Positions 8,053-17,475 of a stretch of DNA of 64,000 bases are shown one piece after another. The stretch spans positions 36,064-100,063 of the forward strand of contig PSKS01000004.1 of NCBI GenBank assembly GCA_040289115.1. Reading direction: 5' to 3'. The notes below the pieces were generated by a model that saw nothing but the letters and a program-made list of their open reading frames with translations, was not told where the DNA came from and did not search any database. The DNA is from Chloroflexota bacterium (GTDB taxonomy: Bacteria > Chloroflexota > Dehalococcoidia > JAUQQI01). How positions within the stretch are numbered: position 1 is the first letter of the stretch; each line of letters starts with the position of its first letter. Position numbers and translations under genes: made by a program.

Positions 8053-10344
8053 CTAGGCCGGGCCGCTTTTCAGGGCCCGCCAGAGGCGCTCGGGGGTGAT
8101 GGGCAGTTCGGTAATGCGAACCCCGATGGCATCCCGGACGGCGTTGGCCACCGCCGCCAGGCCGGGAACGATGGGGGGCTCCCCAACTCCCCGGGCCCCG
8201 AAGGGCCCCGCCTCCGACGGCACCTCGACCAGTTCCACCTCGAAGGCGGGCACATCCAGCGCCCGGGGAAGAGCATACTCCAAGAACGTTGCAGTTATAA
8301 GCTCCCCCTGCTCGTCGTAAACGAGCTGTTCCATCAGAGCCCAGCCCAGGCCCTGGGTGGCTCCGCCGTGGACCTGGCCCTCAATGGTCAGGGGGTTAAT
8401 GGCCCGGCCCACATCCTGCACCGCCAGGAATCGGCCGGGCCTTACCAGGCCGGTGTCCGGGTCCACCTCGACCTCTACCACCTGGGCCGTAAAGCCCGGC
8501 GCCTGCCGGCCGATGCTCGACTCCCCTTCGGCGACGATGGGCGCAAGCCCCCGCTGGCCGGCAAAGGTCTTCTGGCCCAGCTCCTCGAGGCTTATCCCCC
8601 GTCCCGGCACTCCCCTCACCGAAACGAATCCATCCTTAAGCTCCAGGTCCTCGGGGTTGGCTTCCAGGTACTCGGCCGCCGCCCGCAGAATCTTCTCCCG
8701 GGCCGCCTGGGCCGCCCGGACCACCGCCGCCCCGACGGTGTAGGTTATCTTGCTGCCACCGCTGGCCCCGGCAAAGGGTCCGAGGGCAGTATCCCCCGAG
8801 ATTACCCGAACCTTCTCGGGGGGCAGCCCCAGGATCTCGGCCGCCAGCAGGATAAAGGCCGTGTCCGTGCCGTTGCCCAGGTCAATGGAGCCCACGTGAA
8901 GCTGGAGAGTGCCGTCCTCCTCCAGGCGACAGACGGCCGTGGCCGGGCCGAGGCCGCCAGGCCAGCCTCCCAGGGCTAGGCCGACCCCGCGTCCATCTCC
9001 CGGGCGCCGGTTCCGCCAGATGGGGTGGTCCCGGACGGCCGTGAGGCAGGCTGCCGCCCCAATCTCGGGCCACCGCCGATCAGCGGCCGCCGGGATGCGG
9101 TCCCCCTTGCCGGCCACGTTGCGGATCCGGAATTCTAGGGGGTCCAGCCCCAGCCGGCGGGCCAGCTCGTCTATCTGCGACTCGATGGCAAAGGTTGCCT
9201 GGGGCGCGCCGGGCGCCCGGTAGGCCCCGGTGGCCGCCTTATTGGTTAAAATCTCCCAGGTTTGAATCCGGAGGTTTGGCCAGCGGTAGTAGCCCCCGAG
9301 CAGCATTGCCATTATGCCGGAGAGGCCAGCCCGGTATATGCCCGAATCAATGTAAATGTCGGCATCCAGGGCCGTAAGGGTGCCGTCCTGCCGGACGCCG
9401 GTCTTGAGGCGGACGATGGTGCCGGGGGCCGGGGTTGTGGCCAGGAAGTCCTCGGTCCGGGTGAGGGCAATCAGCACCGGCCGCCGGACTGCCAGGGCGG
9501 CCGCAACTGCCAGGGGCTCTAAGGTACCGTACTTGGCCCCGAACCCGCCCCCGATTTTCATGGGCACAACCCGGACAGCCGTCTTCGGAAGCCCCGTAAT
9601 GTCAGCGATGAGGTCCCGAACGATGTACTGGCCCTGGGTGCTGGTGTAAACGGTTAGGCCCTCGCCAAGAGGATCCGGGACGGCCACCGCGGCGTGGGGC
9701 TCCAGGTAACTCTGGTGGACGAACTGTGTCCGGTACGTGGTCTCCAGGACCAGGTCGGCTTCGGCAAACCCGGCCTCGACGTCGCCCCAGCCGAAGACCG
9801 CCCGGGCGGCGAGGTTGCCCCCAACCGTCATCTGCTGGGCGGCGTTAATGGGCCCGGCGTGGACGTCTGCATCCTGGCGCTTTTCGCCCGGAACGCCCCC
9901 GGGCCAGACCAGGGCCTCCCGGTCGGTAAGGGCGGCGAGGGGGTCGACCACCGGCCTGAGGGGCTCGTACTCGACCTCAACGGCGTCGGCCCCATCCCGG
10001 GCCGCCAGCTCGTTTTCGGCCAGAACCAGCGCTACCGGCTGGCCCCGGAAAATTACCCGGTCCCGGGCCAGGATCAGGCGGGAGCGGGTGGTCGGCTCCG
10101 GCTGGATGGGCAAATCGACGCCCGTAAGGACGGCCACAACCCCAGGCACCCGCCGGGCCCGGTCGGTGCGGACCGCCCGGATGCGGGCATGGGCGTACGG
10201 GCTGAGCACCGGTCGGCCGAAGAGCATACCCGGCAGACGGAGATCTGCCGGATACCGGGCCGCGCCGGTGACCTTCTCCTTCCCGTCAACCAGCGGGATC
10301 CTTCGGCCGATGTACGTGGTCGTGGGTGCGAGCCTGGAAGTCAT
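8053..10344 (-). CDS. Xanthine dehydrogenase/aldehyde oxidase family molybdopterin-binding subunit (CoxL/XdhA-like)
   Basis: 763 aa. N-terminal Ald_Xan_dh_C-like region (YIGRRIPLVDGKEKVTGAARYPADL) and C-terminal Mo-cofactor binding regions (GGGFGAKY-like). Confidence 0.85.
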   Translation of the reverse strand: MTSRLAPTTTYIGRRIPLVDGKEKVTGAARYPADLRLPGMLFGRPVLSPYAHARIRAVRTDRARRVPGVVAVLTGVDLPIQPEPTTRSRLILARDRVIFRGQPVALVLAENELAARDGADAVEVEYEPLRPVVDPLAALTDREALVWPGGVPGEKRQDADVHAGPINAAQQMTVGGNLAARAVFGWGDVEAGFAEADLVLETTYRTQFVHQSYLEPHAAVAVPDPLGEGLTVYTSTQGQYIVRDLIADITGLPKTAVRVVPMKIGGGFGAKYGTLEPLAVAAALAVRRPVLIALTRTEDFLATTPAPGTIVRLKTGVRQDGTLTALDADIYIDSGIYRAGLSGIMAMLLGGYYRWPNLRIQTWEILTNKAATGAYRAPGAPQATFAIESQIDELARRLGLDPLEFRIRNVAGKGDRIPAAADRRWPEIGAAACLTAVRDHPIWRNRRPGDGRGVGLALGGWPGGLGPATAVCRLEEDGTLQLHVGSIDLGNGTDTAFILLAAEILGLPPEKVRVISGDTALGPFAGASGGSKITYTVGAAVVRAAQAAREKILRAAAEYLEANPEDLELKDGFVSVRGVPGRGISLEELGQKTFAGQRGLAPIVAEGESSIGRQAPGFTAQVVEVEVDPDTGLVRPGRFLAVQDVGRAINPLTIEGQVHGGATQGLGWALMEQLVYDEQGELITATFLEYALPRALDVPAFEVELVEVPSEAGPFGARGVGEPPIVPGLAAVANAVRDAIGVRITELPITPERLWRALKSGPA

Positions 10345-10477
10345 GCCCCAAACCTCTCCAGTCCAGGTTTTGCAGAAAAGCCCAACCGGGAATATCCCCC
10401 GGTTACTTAAAGCCTACGATGACCTGCCGCGCCCGTCAAGCCGAGACCAATGTGCCGCCCGGTTTAAAATATCTGGT

Positions 10478-13324
10478 GTGCTGACAGTAAGGCCGACTGC
10501 AAAGCAGGGTTATGGTCCGCCGGAAGAGCAGGTTAATAAGAGCCACCAGGTCGGCTGGTGCTTACTGGGCGTAGCTCTGGTAGCCCTGGCCTTCGGCCTC
10601 CGGGTCTACGAGCTGGCAACCAAAAGCATCTGGCTGGACGAGGCCTTAAGCTTCCACCGGGCGGCCAGCTTCGACCAGGCCATATCGGGCCTCATCGTAA
10701 CCGGCGGGGTCCCCAGCCGGGATACCCAGCCGCCCCTCTACTTCGTCCTCCTCTACGGTTTTCTTCGGCTGGCCGGGGATTCGGACTTTGCGGCCAAGTT
10801 TCTTTCGGCCTTCTTTTCGGTCCTAACCGTTCCGGTGCTGGCGGCAACCGGCCGAAGGCTCGGGGGCAGCCGGGTCGGGCTTCTAGCCGCCCTCTTAGCC
10901 GCTCCCTCGCCCCTCTACGTCTGGTACGCCCAGGAAGTCCGAATGTATACCCTGCTGGTCTTCTTTTCGGCCCTGGCCTTTTACCTTGGCCTCAGGTCGG
11001 CCGATGGGCTGCTCCGGGGTGCCTACCGGTCGGGGATGGCCTGGGCGGGGGCTGCTTTTCTGGCCGCCAGCCTGGGAGTTCTCACCCAGTATCTGGCCGT
11101 TTTTGTGGTTCCGGCCCTGGGGTTCGGCCTGGTGGCAGCCCTCGCCCGACGAAGGCGTACCCTCATCCTGGGCGGAAGCGCCTTTCTGGCCCTAGCCGGT
11201 CCCCCCCTCCTGGTGGAGGTCCTCTGGGGCCGGCTGATCACCGGGCCCACGCCCCAGTTCCGGGAAGTTTCTCCGCCTGTAATCTTGTGGGACCTCCTTG
11301 GCCGAGCGGCCGCCGGCCTTGCCCTGGAGGGACCCCTTCTGGACGGGCTAGCCGCGGTCCTACTGGGACTGATGCTTGGGGGGCTCCTTAAAGGCCCGGA
11401 GACGCCGGGACGCTGGTGGTTGGCAGGACTGGTGCTCCTCCCGGCGGCGGCCGTTGCCTTAGTGGGAGCCCAGCGGCCGGTGATCTCCAACGTCCGGCAC
11501 CTGATCTTCGCCACACCTGGCCTCTACTTGGCCGTCGCCCTCGGCCTCGAGGCCCTACGCCGCCGCTTCCCGGCAACGGCCCCCGTCCTGCTCGGCATCC
11601 TGGCCGCCGGGGCCGCACTTGGCCTTATCCGTTACTTTGATCCAGCCCTTCAGAAGGACGATTTCCGGTCCCTGGTGGCGTATCTTCAGCAAAACGTCGG
11701 ACCAGAGGACCTGGTGCTCGTCCATGAGGCCACGGTTCTGCACGTTTTTGAGCACTATGACCGTGGCTTCCTGCGGGTGGAGGCTTTGCCCCCCTTCGGG
11801 GAAGCCGTCGGCAGCCGGCTTTCGGCCGACTTCGTAGCCCGGCTCGAGCGGCTAAAAACCACCCACCGTCGGGTCTGGTTTGTTTACTGGCCCCGCAGCA
11901 TCGCCGGCGACCCGGCGGGCCTTATCCCCGCTTGGCTGGACAGTAACCTGTTTGCCGTCTCGGACCGAACCTTTGCCGGCCGGGGAATGGGGGTGGCCGT
12001 CCGGGCCTATGTTGCCCGCCCGCCGACCGAAAGGATGGTTCCAGCCGAGGTTCATGTGGCCGATTTAAGGTCGGCCGATGGACTGAAAATCATGGGCTGG
12101 GAGGTTGCCTCGGCCCCGACCGCCGACGGCCGCGTCGAGCTAAGCTTTTATTTCAGGGCCGAAGGAAAATCCCTGCCCGATTACCGACTGATAGTCCGGT
12201 TGGTGGACGCCCAGGACCACCTCTGGGCTTACTTTGACGGCCGGCCCATCCCCACCTGGCCCACCGACCGGTGGCCCTTGGGCGAGGTCGTCCGGGCCGA
12301 CTTGCCCCTCAGGCTGGCGCCCGGAACTCCGGCGGGCACCTACCGGCTCGAGGTCGGCCTCGCCCCTGGGACGAACGGCGGCCCGGTTCCCCTTCTGGAC
12401 GCTGTCAAGAATCCGGCGGGTACGCTGGTGGGGCTGGGGGAGGTGACCCTCCCCGGTGCCCACCGCCACCGTCCCGACTTCGACCGGGCCGTTCCGGACA
12501 GCCTGGGCATCGGCTGCCGGTGCGGACTAAAACTCAGGGAACTGAGCCCGGCGTCCCGGAAAATCCTTGCCGGCCAGTTGCTTACGGTTCGCGGGTACTA
12601 CCAGCTTACCGGGCCCATTGAACCAGCAGCCTATCGGCTGGCCCTGGAGCTCCGCCGAGGGGATGAGGCGGTAGCCGCTGGGGTGTGGCCTTTGGGCCCC
12701 ATCTCCCCTGCCGGCCCCAGGCCCACGGTTGGGGACTGGCTGGCTGGGGCCTATGACCTGCGGGTGCCCGTAACCGTCGGGCCGGGGGAATACCGGCTGG
12801 TCGGCCGGCTTCTCGGCCCCGAGGGCCGCCCGGAGACCTTGGCGGAAAGCTTCGGCCGGGTCCTGACCGAGGTGGACCTCGGCCCAGTTCAGGTCGTTAT
12901 CCCGGAACAGCGCTTCGACCCGCCTCACCCGGCCCAGCCGGCGGACGTCTATTTCGGCAACCTGCTCCACCTGCTCGGCTATACCCTGGAAACGGGTGGT
13001 GAAGACCGCCTGCGGGTAACCCTTTACTGGCGGGTGCTGGGAAGCTCGGAGGGTAAACTTAAGGTTTCGGTCCAGCTCTTTGCCGGCCTAAAGCTGGTGG
13101 CCCAGGACGATGCCGTTCCGGTCGGCTGGACCCGGCCGGCCTCCACCTGGGTTCCCGGAGAATACCTAACGGACCCCCATGAAGTTGGCCTGCCGCCGGG
13201 CGTGAAGCCGGGGGAGCTTACGATGCGGGTCATCCTTTACGACGAGGCCAGCGGCTGGCGGGTAAACGCCGCCCAGGCCGGTCAAATTAAGGACGCTGCC
13301 GAGTTCCCCATCGGGGTGCGGTAA
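10478..13324 (+). CDS. GT-C superfamily glycosyltransferase (ArnT/PMT-like, GT39/GT83 type) with three C-terminal ~115-aa repeat domains
   Basis: Multi-TM N-terminal region with WLDEALSFH in the first loop (conserved DE of the PMT/ArnT family). The long soluble C-terminus contains 3 internal repeats. The start is ambiguous: there is no canonical start codon in frame between 10481 and the first TM; GTG 10478 is the nearest, and upstream sequence has non-coding-like third-position composition. Confidence 0.7.
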   Translation: MLTVRPTAKQGYGPPEEQVNKSHQVGWCLLGVALVALAFGLRVYELATKSIWLDEALSFHRAASFDQAISGLIVTGGVPSRDTQPPLYFVLLYGFLRLAGDSDFAAKFLSAFFSVLTVPVLAATGRRLGGSRVGLLAALLAAPSPLYVWYAQEVRMYTLLVFFSALAFYLGLRSADGLLRGAYRSGMAWAGAAFLAASLGVLTQYLAVFVVPALGFGLVAALARRRRTLILGGSAFLALAGPPLLVEVLWGRLITGPTPQFREVSPPVILWDLLGRAAAGLALEGPLLDGLAAVLLGLMLGGLLKGPETPGRWWLAGLVLLPAAAVALVGAQRPVISNVRHLIFATPGLYLAVALGLEALRRRFPATAPVLLGILAAGAALGLIRYFDPALQKDDFRSLVAYLQQNVGPEDLVLVHEATVLHVFEHYDRGFLRVEALPPFGEAVGSRLSADFVARLERLKTTHRRVWFVYWPRSIAGDPAGLIPAWLDSNLFAVSDRTFAGRGMGVAVRAYVARPPTERMVPAEVHVADLRSADGLKIMGWEVASAPTADGRVELSFYFRAEGKSLPDYRLIVRLVDAQDHLWAYFDGRPIPTWPTDRWPLGEVVRADLPLRLAPGTPAGTYRLEVGLAPGTNGGPVPLLDAVKNPAGTLVGLGEVTLPGAHRHRPDFDRAVPDSLGIGCRCGLKLRELSPASRKILAGQLLTVRGYYQLTGPIEPAAYRLALELRRGDEAVAAGVWPLGPISPAGPRPTVGDWLAGAYDLRVPVTVGPGEYRLVGRLLGPEGRPETLAESFGRVLTEVDLGPVQVVIPEQRFDPPHPAQPADVYFGNLLHLLGYTLETGGEDRLRVTLYWRVLGSSEGKLKVSVQLFAGLKLVAQDDAVPVGWTRPASTWVPGEYLTDPHEVGLPPGVKPGELTMRVILYDEASGWRVNAAQAGQIKDAAEFPIGVR

Positions 13325-13335
13325 GGGGTGTGCCG

Positions 13336-15531
13336 ATGTCCCACCGAGACGTCCCCTGGCTGGCCACTTTAGCCTTCATCCTGCTGGGTACGGTTTACGG
13401 GGCGCTGGTTCCCCTCTATGAATCCCCGGACGAGCCCCAGCATATCGCCCTGGTGGCCCACCTGGCCGAGGCCTGGTCCTGGCCCCGGCAACAGCCGGGA
13501 ATGGTTACCCCCTGGCTTCAGGAGGCAAGCCAGCCGCCCCTCTACTACGGGCTCCTGGCTGGGCTCACCCGCTTATTTGGGTGGCCCACCGACGACCTGG
13601 AGAAAACCTTCCGGCCGAACCCCTTTGCCCGGCCCGGCGACCTTTCGGCCGAGGCCAACAAGAACGTTGCCCTCCACGGACCTCGGGAAAGCTTTCCCTG
13701 GTCGGGGCCGGTCCTGACGGTCCACCTCTGGCGGGAGGTATCCCTCCTGCTGGCGGCCGCCACCATCCCCGCCCTCTACGGTTTGGGCCGTACCCTCTTT
13801 CCGCACCGGCCAACTTGGGCACTAGGGGCAGTCCTGCTGGCCGTGTTCAACCCGGCCTTTGTCTTCAACATGGCCCGGGTGAGCAACGACGCCCTCGTAG
13901 TTCCCCTGGCTACCTGGGGCCTCTGGATTCTGGCCCGGTTAGGGTCCCGGAAGGACCCGGCCTGGGGCCTCGCCGCGGCTGCCGGCATCCTGGCGGGCCT
14001 AGCCGGCCTGGCCAAGCTGAGCGGCCTGGTCCTGCTGCCCGCGGCCGCCCTGGTGGTACTGATTCGGGCCATCCACTACCGCCGGTCACCGCAGGAGGCC
14101 CTCCTGGAGGGAATTTGTTTGCTCGCCCCGGTCGCCTTGGTCTGCGGCTGGTGGTTCTGGCAGAACTTTAGCTTTTACGGCGACCCAACGGGCCTTAACG
14201 TTATGGTCGAGGTGGCCGGACCCCGCCGGGAAAGCTCGGGGCTTTGGGTCGAACTCCGGGGAACGGTTTGGTCCTACTGGGCCCTATTCGGCTGGATGAA
14301 TCTGGGGCCCGAGCCCGCCGTTTTGCATCTGCTGGAAGTTGCCACGTTCCTGGGCCTGGGGGCGGCCGCGGTTTTCACAATCCGAAGGTCCAGTCGGGCC
14401 GACCCTGGGCTTTTCGGCGGCCTCAGCCTGCTCTGGGTCTATGTGGGCCTGTTGGTTGCCGCCTTCATCCGGTGGACCAGCCTTACACCCGCCTCAGACG
14501 GCCGGCTCCTTTACCCGGCGGTGGGGCCTGTGGCCCTTCTGCTGTTTATCGGCTGGGAGGCCTTTACCGGCCGCTGGCTCCTGACCCGGCCCATCCCCTG
14601 GCTGCTGGTTGCTGGGCTGGGTCTGCTGACCGTGACAGCCCCCTTTAGGTACATCCTTCCGGCCTACGCTGGTCCCGAACCCACTGAGACGGTGCCCGCC
14701 GGTGCCAGGCCGGTGAACGCCACCTTCGGGAATCACCTTCGGCTCATCGCCTACGAGCCAGGCGCGGCCGGTCCGGGCGAGTCCCTGCGGCTTACCCTTT
14801 ACTGGGAGTGCCTGACGCCCACGGCCGAGCCCTGGGCCCTCTTCTTCCACCAGGTTGGGGATGCCGGCGGGGCGGCCGTGCCCAACCTGGATACCTTCCC
14901 CGGCCGGGGCCTGATGTCCACTACCGACTGCCGGCCCGGGTATCGTTTTGCCGACCGCTACGCCTTTCGCATCACTGGGGTCCCGGAGGGAACGGTTGTG
15001 GTCAGGCTGCGGGTTGGGCTTCGGGTTCCGCCGGTTGGGGGCGAGGCCGTGCCCGTTACCGGGCCAGCGGGCAGGCCCCTTGAGGCCCTCGTTATCGAGG
15101 CCGGTAAGGTTCGGGGGTGGGGCGGGGCGGGGGGAACCACCCAGGGCCCGGCCCTTGGGCCCCTCCGGCTGAAAGACTTCGACCTTCCGAAAGCCGCCCG
15201 GGCGGGGGAAACGCTGCCGGTCAGAACCGTCTGGGAGGTTGCCGGGCCGACTGCCGACGACTGGCGGTTCTTCGTCCATCTGGGGGACCCGACCAGGCCG
15301 CCCCTGGCCCAGGCCGACGGGCCCCCGGCCAATGGGAACTTCCCGGCCCAGTGGTGGGAGGTCGGGGATATCCTGGTGGACCGGCGGGAAATCCCCCTGC
15401 CCCCAGATTTACCCCAGGGCCGATACCCGGTCACCGTCGGCCTTTACCGGCCCGACGGCGTGCGGGCAACCGCCGAGGGCTCCGGCTTATCTTACATTCG
15501 CCTCGGAGAGGTCGAAGTTGCGGGTTATTGA
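13336..15531 (+). CDS. GT-C-like polytopic membrane glycosyltransferase paralog with two C-terminal repeat domains
   Basis: About 440 aa polytopic membrane region (YESPDEPQH loop motif). The C-terminal soluble region has 2 copies of the same repeat family as the upstream gene (LRLTLYW..., ..RYPVTVGLYRPDG). Only 11 nt separate it from the upstream gene, with an AAGGGG RBS. Confidence 0.65.
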   Translation: MSHRDVPWLATLAFILLGTVYGALVPLYESPDEPQHIALVAHLAEAWSWPRQQPGMVTPWLQEASQPPLYYGLLAGLTRLFGWPTDDLEKTFRPNPFARPGDLSAEANKNVALHGPRESFPWSGPVLTVHLWREVSLLLAAATIPALYGLGRTLFPHRPTWALGAVLLAVFNPAFVFNMARVSNDALVVPLATWGLWILARLGSRKDPAWGLAAAAGILAGLAGLAKLSGLVLLPAAALVVLIRAIHYRRSPQEALLEGICLLAPVALVCGWWFWQNFSFYGDPTGLNVMVEVAGPRRESSGLWVELRGTVWSYWALFGWMNLGPEPAVLHLLEVATFLGLGAAAVFTIRRSSRADPGLFGGLSLLWVYVGLLVAAFIRWTSLTPASDGRLLYPAVGPVALLLFIGWEAFTGRWLLTRPIPWLLVAGLGLLTVTAPFRYILPAYAGPEPTETVPAGARPVNATFGNHLRLIAYEPGAAGPGESLRLTLYWECLTPTAEPWALFFHQVGDAGGAAVPNLDTFPGRGLMSTTDCRPGYRFADRYAFRITGVPEGTVVVRLRVGLRVPPVGGEAVPVTGPAGRPLEALVIEAGKVRGWGGAGGTTQGPALGPLRLKDFDLPKAARAGETLPVRTVWEVAGPTADDWRFFVHLGDPTRPPLAQADGPPANGNFPAQWWEVGDILVDRREIPLPPDLPQGRYPVTVGLYRPDGVRATAEGSGLSYIRLGEVEVAGY

Positions 15532-15567
15532 CAGGGCCGGTCGGCAGTTGTAACCTCTAGGTACGGG

Positions 15568-17136
15568 ATGGTCTTATCGCAACCCCTTTACCGTCGCTGG
15601 CGCTCACAAACCTTCGCCGAGGTGGTCGGCCAGGACCACGTCACCCGGACCCTGCGCAACAGCGTCCGCTCGGGCCGGCTTCACCACGCCTACCTTTTTG
15701 CCGGACCCAGGGGCACCGGGAAGACTTCCACCGGTCGGATCCTGGCCAAGGCTGTGAACTGCCTGGAACTGAGCCCCCAGGGCGAGCCCTGCAACCGCTG
15801 CCGCATCTGCGTCGAGATGAACGAGGGCCGCTCCCTGGACCTCATCGAAATCGATGCCGCCAGCAACCGCAAGATCGAGCACATCCGGGACCTCCGGGAG
15901 GCCGTAAGGCTTGCCCCTGTTACGGCCCGCTACAAGGTCTACATTATCGATGAGGTCCACATGCTCACCAACGAGGCAGCCAATGCCCTCCTTAAAACCC
16001 TGGAAGAGCCGCCCCCGCAGGTTATCTTTGTCCTGGCCACCACCGAGCTCCATCGGGTTCCGGCCACCATCGCCTCCAGGTGCCAGCGGTTTCTCTTCCG
16101 CCGGATACCCCCGGCGGCAGCCCGGGCCCGGCTCGAGGCCATCTGCTGGGCCGAAGATATCCGGATAAGCCCTCAGACCCTGGACCTCATCATCAACCTA
16201 TCCGGGGGAAGCCTCCGGGATGCCGAAAACCTGCTGGACCAACTGGTGGCCCACTTTGGAACCGAGGTCGACCACGAAGCTGCCCGCGAGCTTCTGGGCC
16301 ACGTCGAGGACGCCCGGGCCTTGGAGCTCGTTCAGGCCCTCTTTGCCGGCGACGTTCCCCAGGCCATCCGGCTAGTCAATGCCGTCCGGGAGGATGGCTA
16401 CGACCTGCGTCAGTTTAATCGGGAGGTGGTGGGGCATCTGCGGTCGATGCTCCTGCTGGCCTATGGCCTGGACGACGAGGTGGAGGCCGGCCCGGCCACT
16501 GTGGAGGTTCTGCGCCCCCTGGCGGGGACCGTCGAGCCGGCAACGCTGGCGGGGCTAATCAAGGCCTTTAATGCCGTCAACTTCGGGGCCGACCCCGGCT
16601 GGCCCCTGCCCTTGGAGCTGGCCATCGTTGAGGCCGGCCGGCTTTTTAAGGTTCCGGCTCGGGACGAAACCACCTCAGTTCCCGCCCCAGTCACCGTCCG
16701 CCCCGGCGACGGGCCCACTTCAGCGCTTGCGGAGACCGAACGCCCGGCGGAGTCGGTAAAGATGCCGGAGGCCCCCACTTTGCCGGCGGCTGACCTTCCG
16801 GCCGACTTTAAGGGCCGCCTCACCGAGGCCCTCCGAAGCCGGGGTGGGGAGGGCCGGAAGGTTGCGGGCCTACTGGACTGGTGCGAGGAGGTGGATGTTG
16901 ACGGCGACCGGCTGGTGTTTGTCTTTTCGAACCGGCTCTTCCGGGATAAGGCCGCAGACCCCGTCAACCGGCGGGTCCTGGACCAGGCGGTCCGTAAGCT
17001 CACCGGCCGCCGCTACGAGCTTGAATTCGACCTCCGGACCGAGGACCGAACCTCCAGGCTAGAACGGGCCAAGGCCGACCCGGTGGTCCGGTTCCTGGAG
17101 GAGGAGTTCGGCGGGGAAGTTCTGGACGTAAGATAA
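15568..17136 (+). CDS. dnaX: DNA polymerase III subunit gamma/tau
   Basis: AAA+ clamp loader motifs (LFAGPRGTGKTS, zinc module CNRCRIC, IIDEVHMLT). Confidence 0.9.
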   Translation: MVLSQPLYRRWRSQTFAEVVGQDHVTRTLRNSVRSGRLHHAYLFAGPRGTGKTSTGRILAKAVNCLELSPQGEPCNRCRICVEMNEGRSLDLIEIDAASNRKIEHIRDLREAVRLAPVTARYKVYIIDEVHMLTNEAANALLKTLEEPPPQVIFVLATTELHRVPATIASRCQRFLFRRIPPAAARARLEAICWAEDIRISPQTLDLIINLSGGSLRDAENLLDQLVAHFGTEVDHEAARELLGHVEDARALELVQALFAGDVPQAIRLVNAVREDGYDLRQFNREVVGHLRSMLLLAYGLDDEVEAGPATVEVLRPLAGTVEPATLAGLIKAFNAVNFGADPGWPLPLELAIVEAGRLFKVPARDETTSVPAPVTVRPGDGPTSALAETERPAESVKMPEAPTLPAADLPADFKGRLTEALRSRGGEGRKVAGLLDWCEEVDVDGDRLVFVFSNRLFRDKAADPVNRRVLDQAVRKLTGRRYELEFDLRTEDRTSRLERAKADPVVRFLEEEFGGEVLDVR

Positions 17137-17151
17137 GCGTGGGGGAAAGTT

Positions 17152-17475
17152 ATGTTTGACCCGAAGCTGTTTAAAAAGGCCCAGCAGGAAGCCCTAAAAC
17201 TTCAGGAGCGGCTCAAAAAGGCCCAGGAGCAGTTGGCCCAGGAGGAACTTGAGGCCACCGCCGGGGGCGGGGCGGTGCGGGTCGTGATAACCGGCGACCT
17301 CACGGTAAAATCTATACGGATAGACCCCGAGATCGTCGACCCGAACGACGTCGAGGGCCTGGAAGACCTGATTCTGGCCGCCGTAAACCAGGCCATCGAG
17401 AAGGCCCAGGCCCTGGCGGCGGAGCGCCTGGGGAGCGTAACGGGGAATTTTAAAATTCCGGGGCTGGGATTTTAA
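17152..17475 (+). CDS. ybaB: Nucleoid-associated protein YbaB/EbfC
   Basis: 107 aa YbaB-like protein (MFDPKLFKKAQQ..., VVITGDLTVKSIRIDPEIVDPNDVEGLEDLILAAVNQA). Confidence 0.9.
   Translation: MFDPKLFKKAQQEALKLQERLKKAQEQLAQEELEATAGGGAVRVVITGDLTVKSIRIDPEIVDPNDVEGLEDLILAAVNQAIEKAQALAAERLGSVTGNFKIPGLGF

Noticed and set aside
9737-10344. 5' extension of the 1195-aa ORF overlapping the xanthine dehydrogenase gene on the opposite strand
   Set aside because: Antisense overlap with a well-supported 763-aa gene, and AT-rich third positions upstream of about 10480. The ORF is open only because GC-rich DNA lacks stops.
10558-11391. 277-aa Pro/Arg/Gly-rich ORF in the +1 frame inside the GT-C gene
   Set aside because: The low-complexity PRG-rich translation is typical of out-of-frame reading of high-GC coding DNA. 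The alternative frame has clear GT-C membrane-protein homology.
16461-17003. 180-aa Ser/Thr/Arg-rich ORF antisense to dnaX
   Set aside because: Antisense to dnaX; low-complexity translation.
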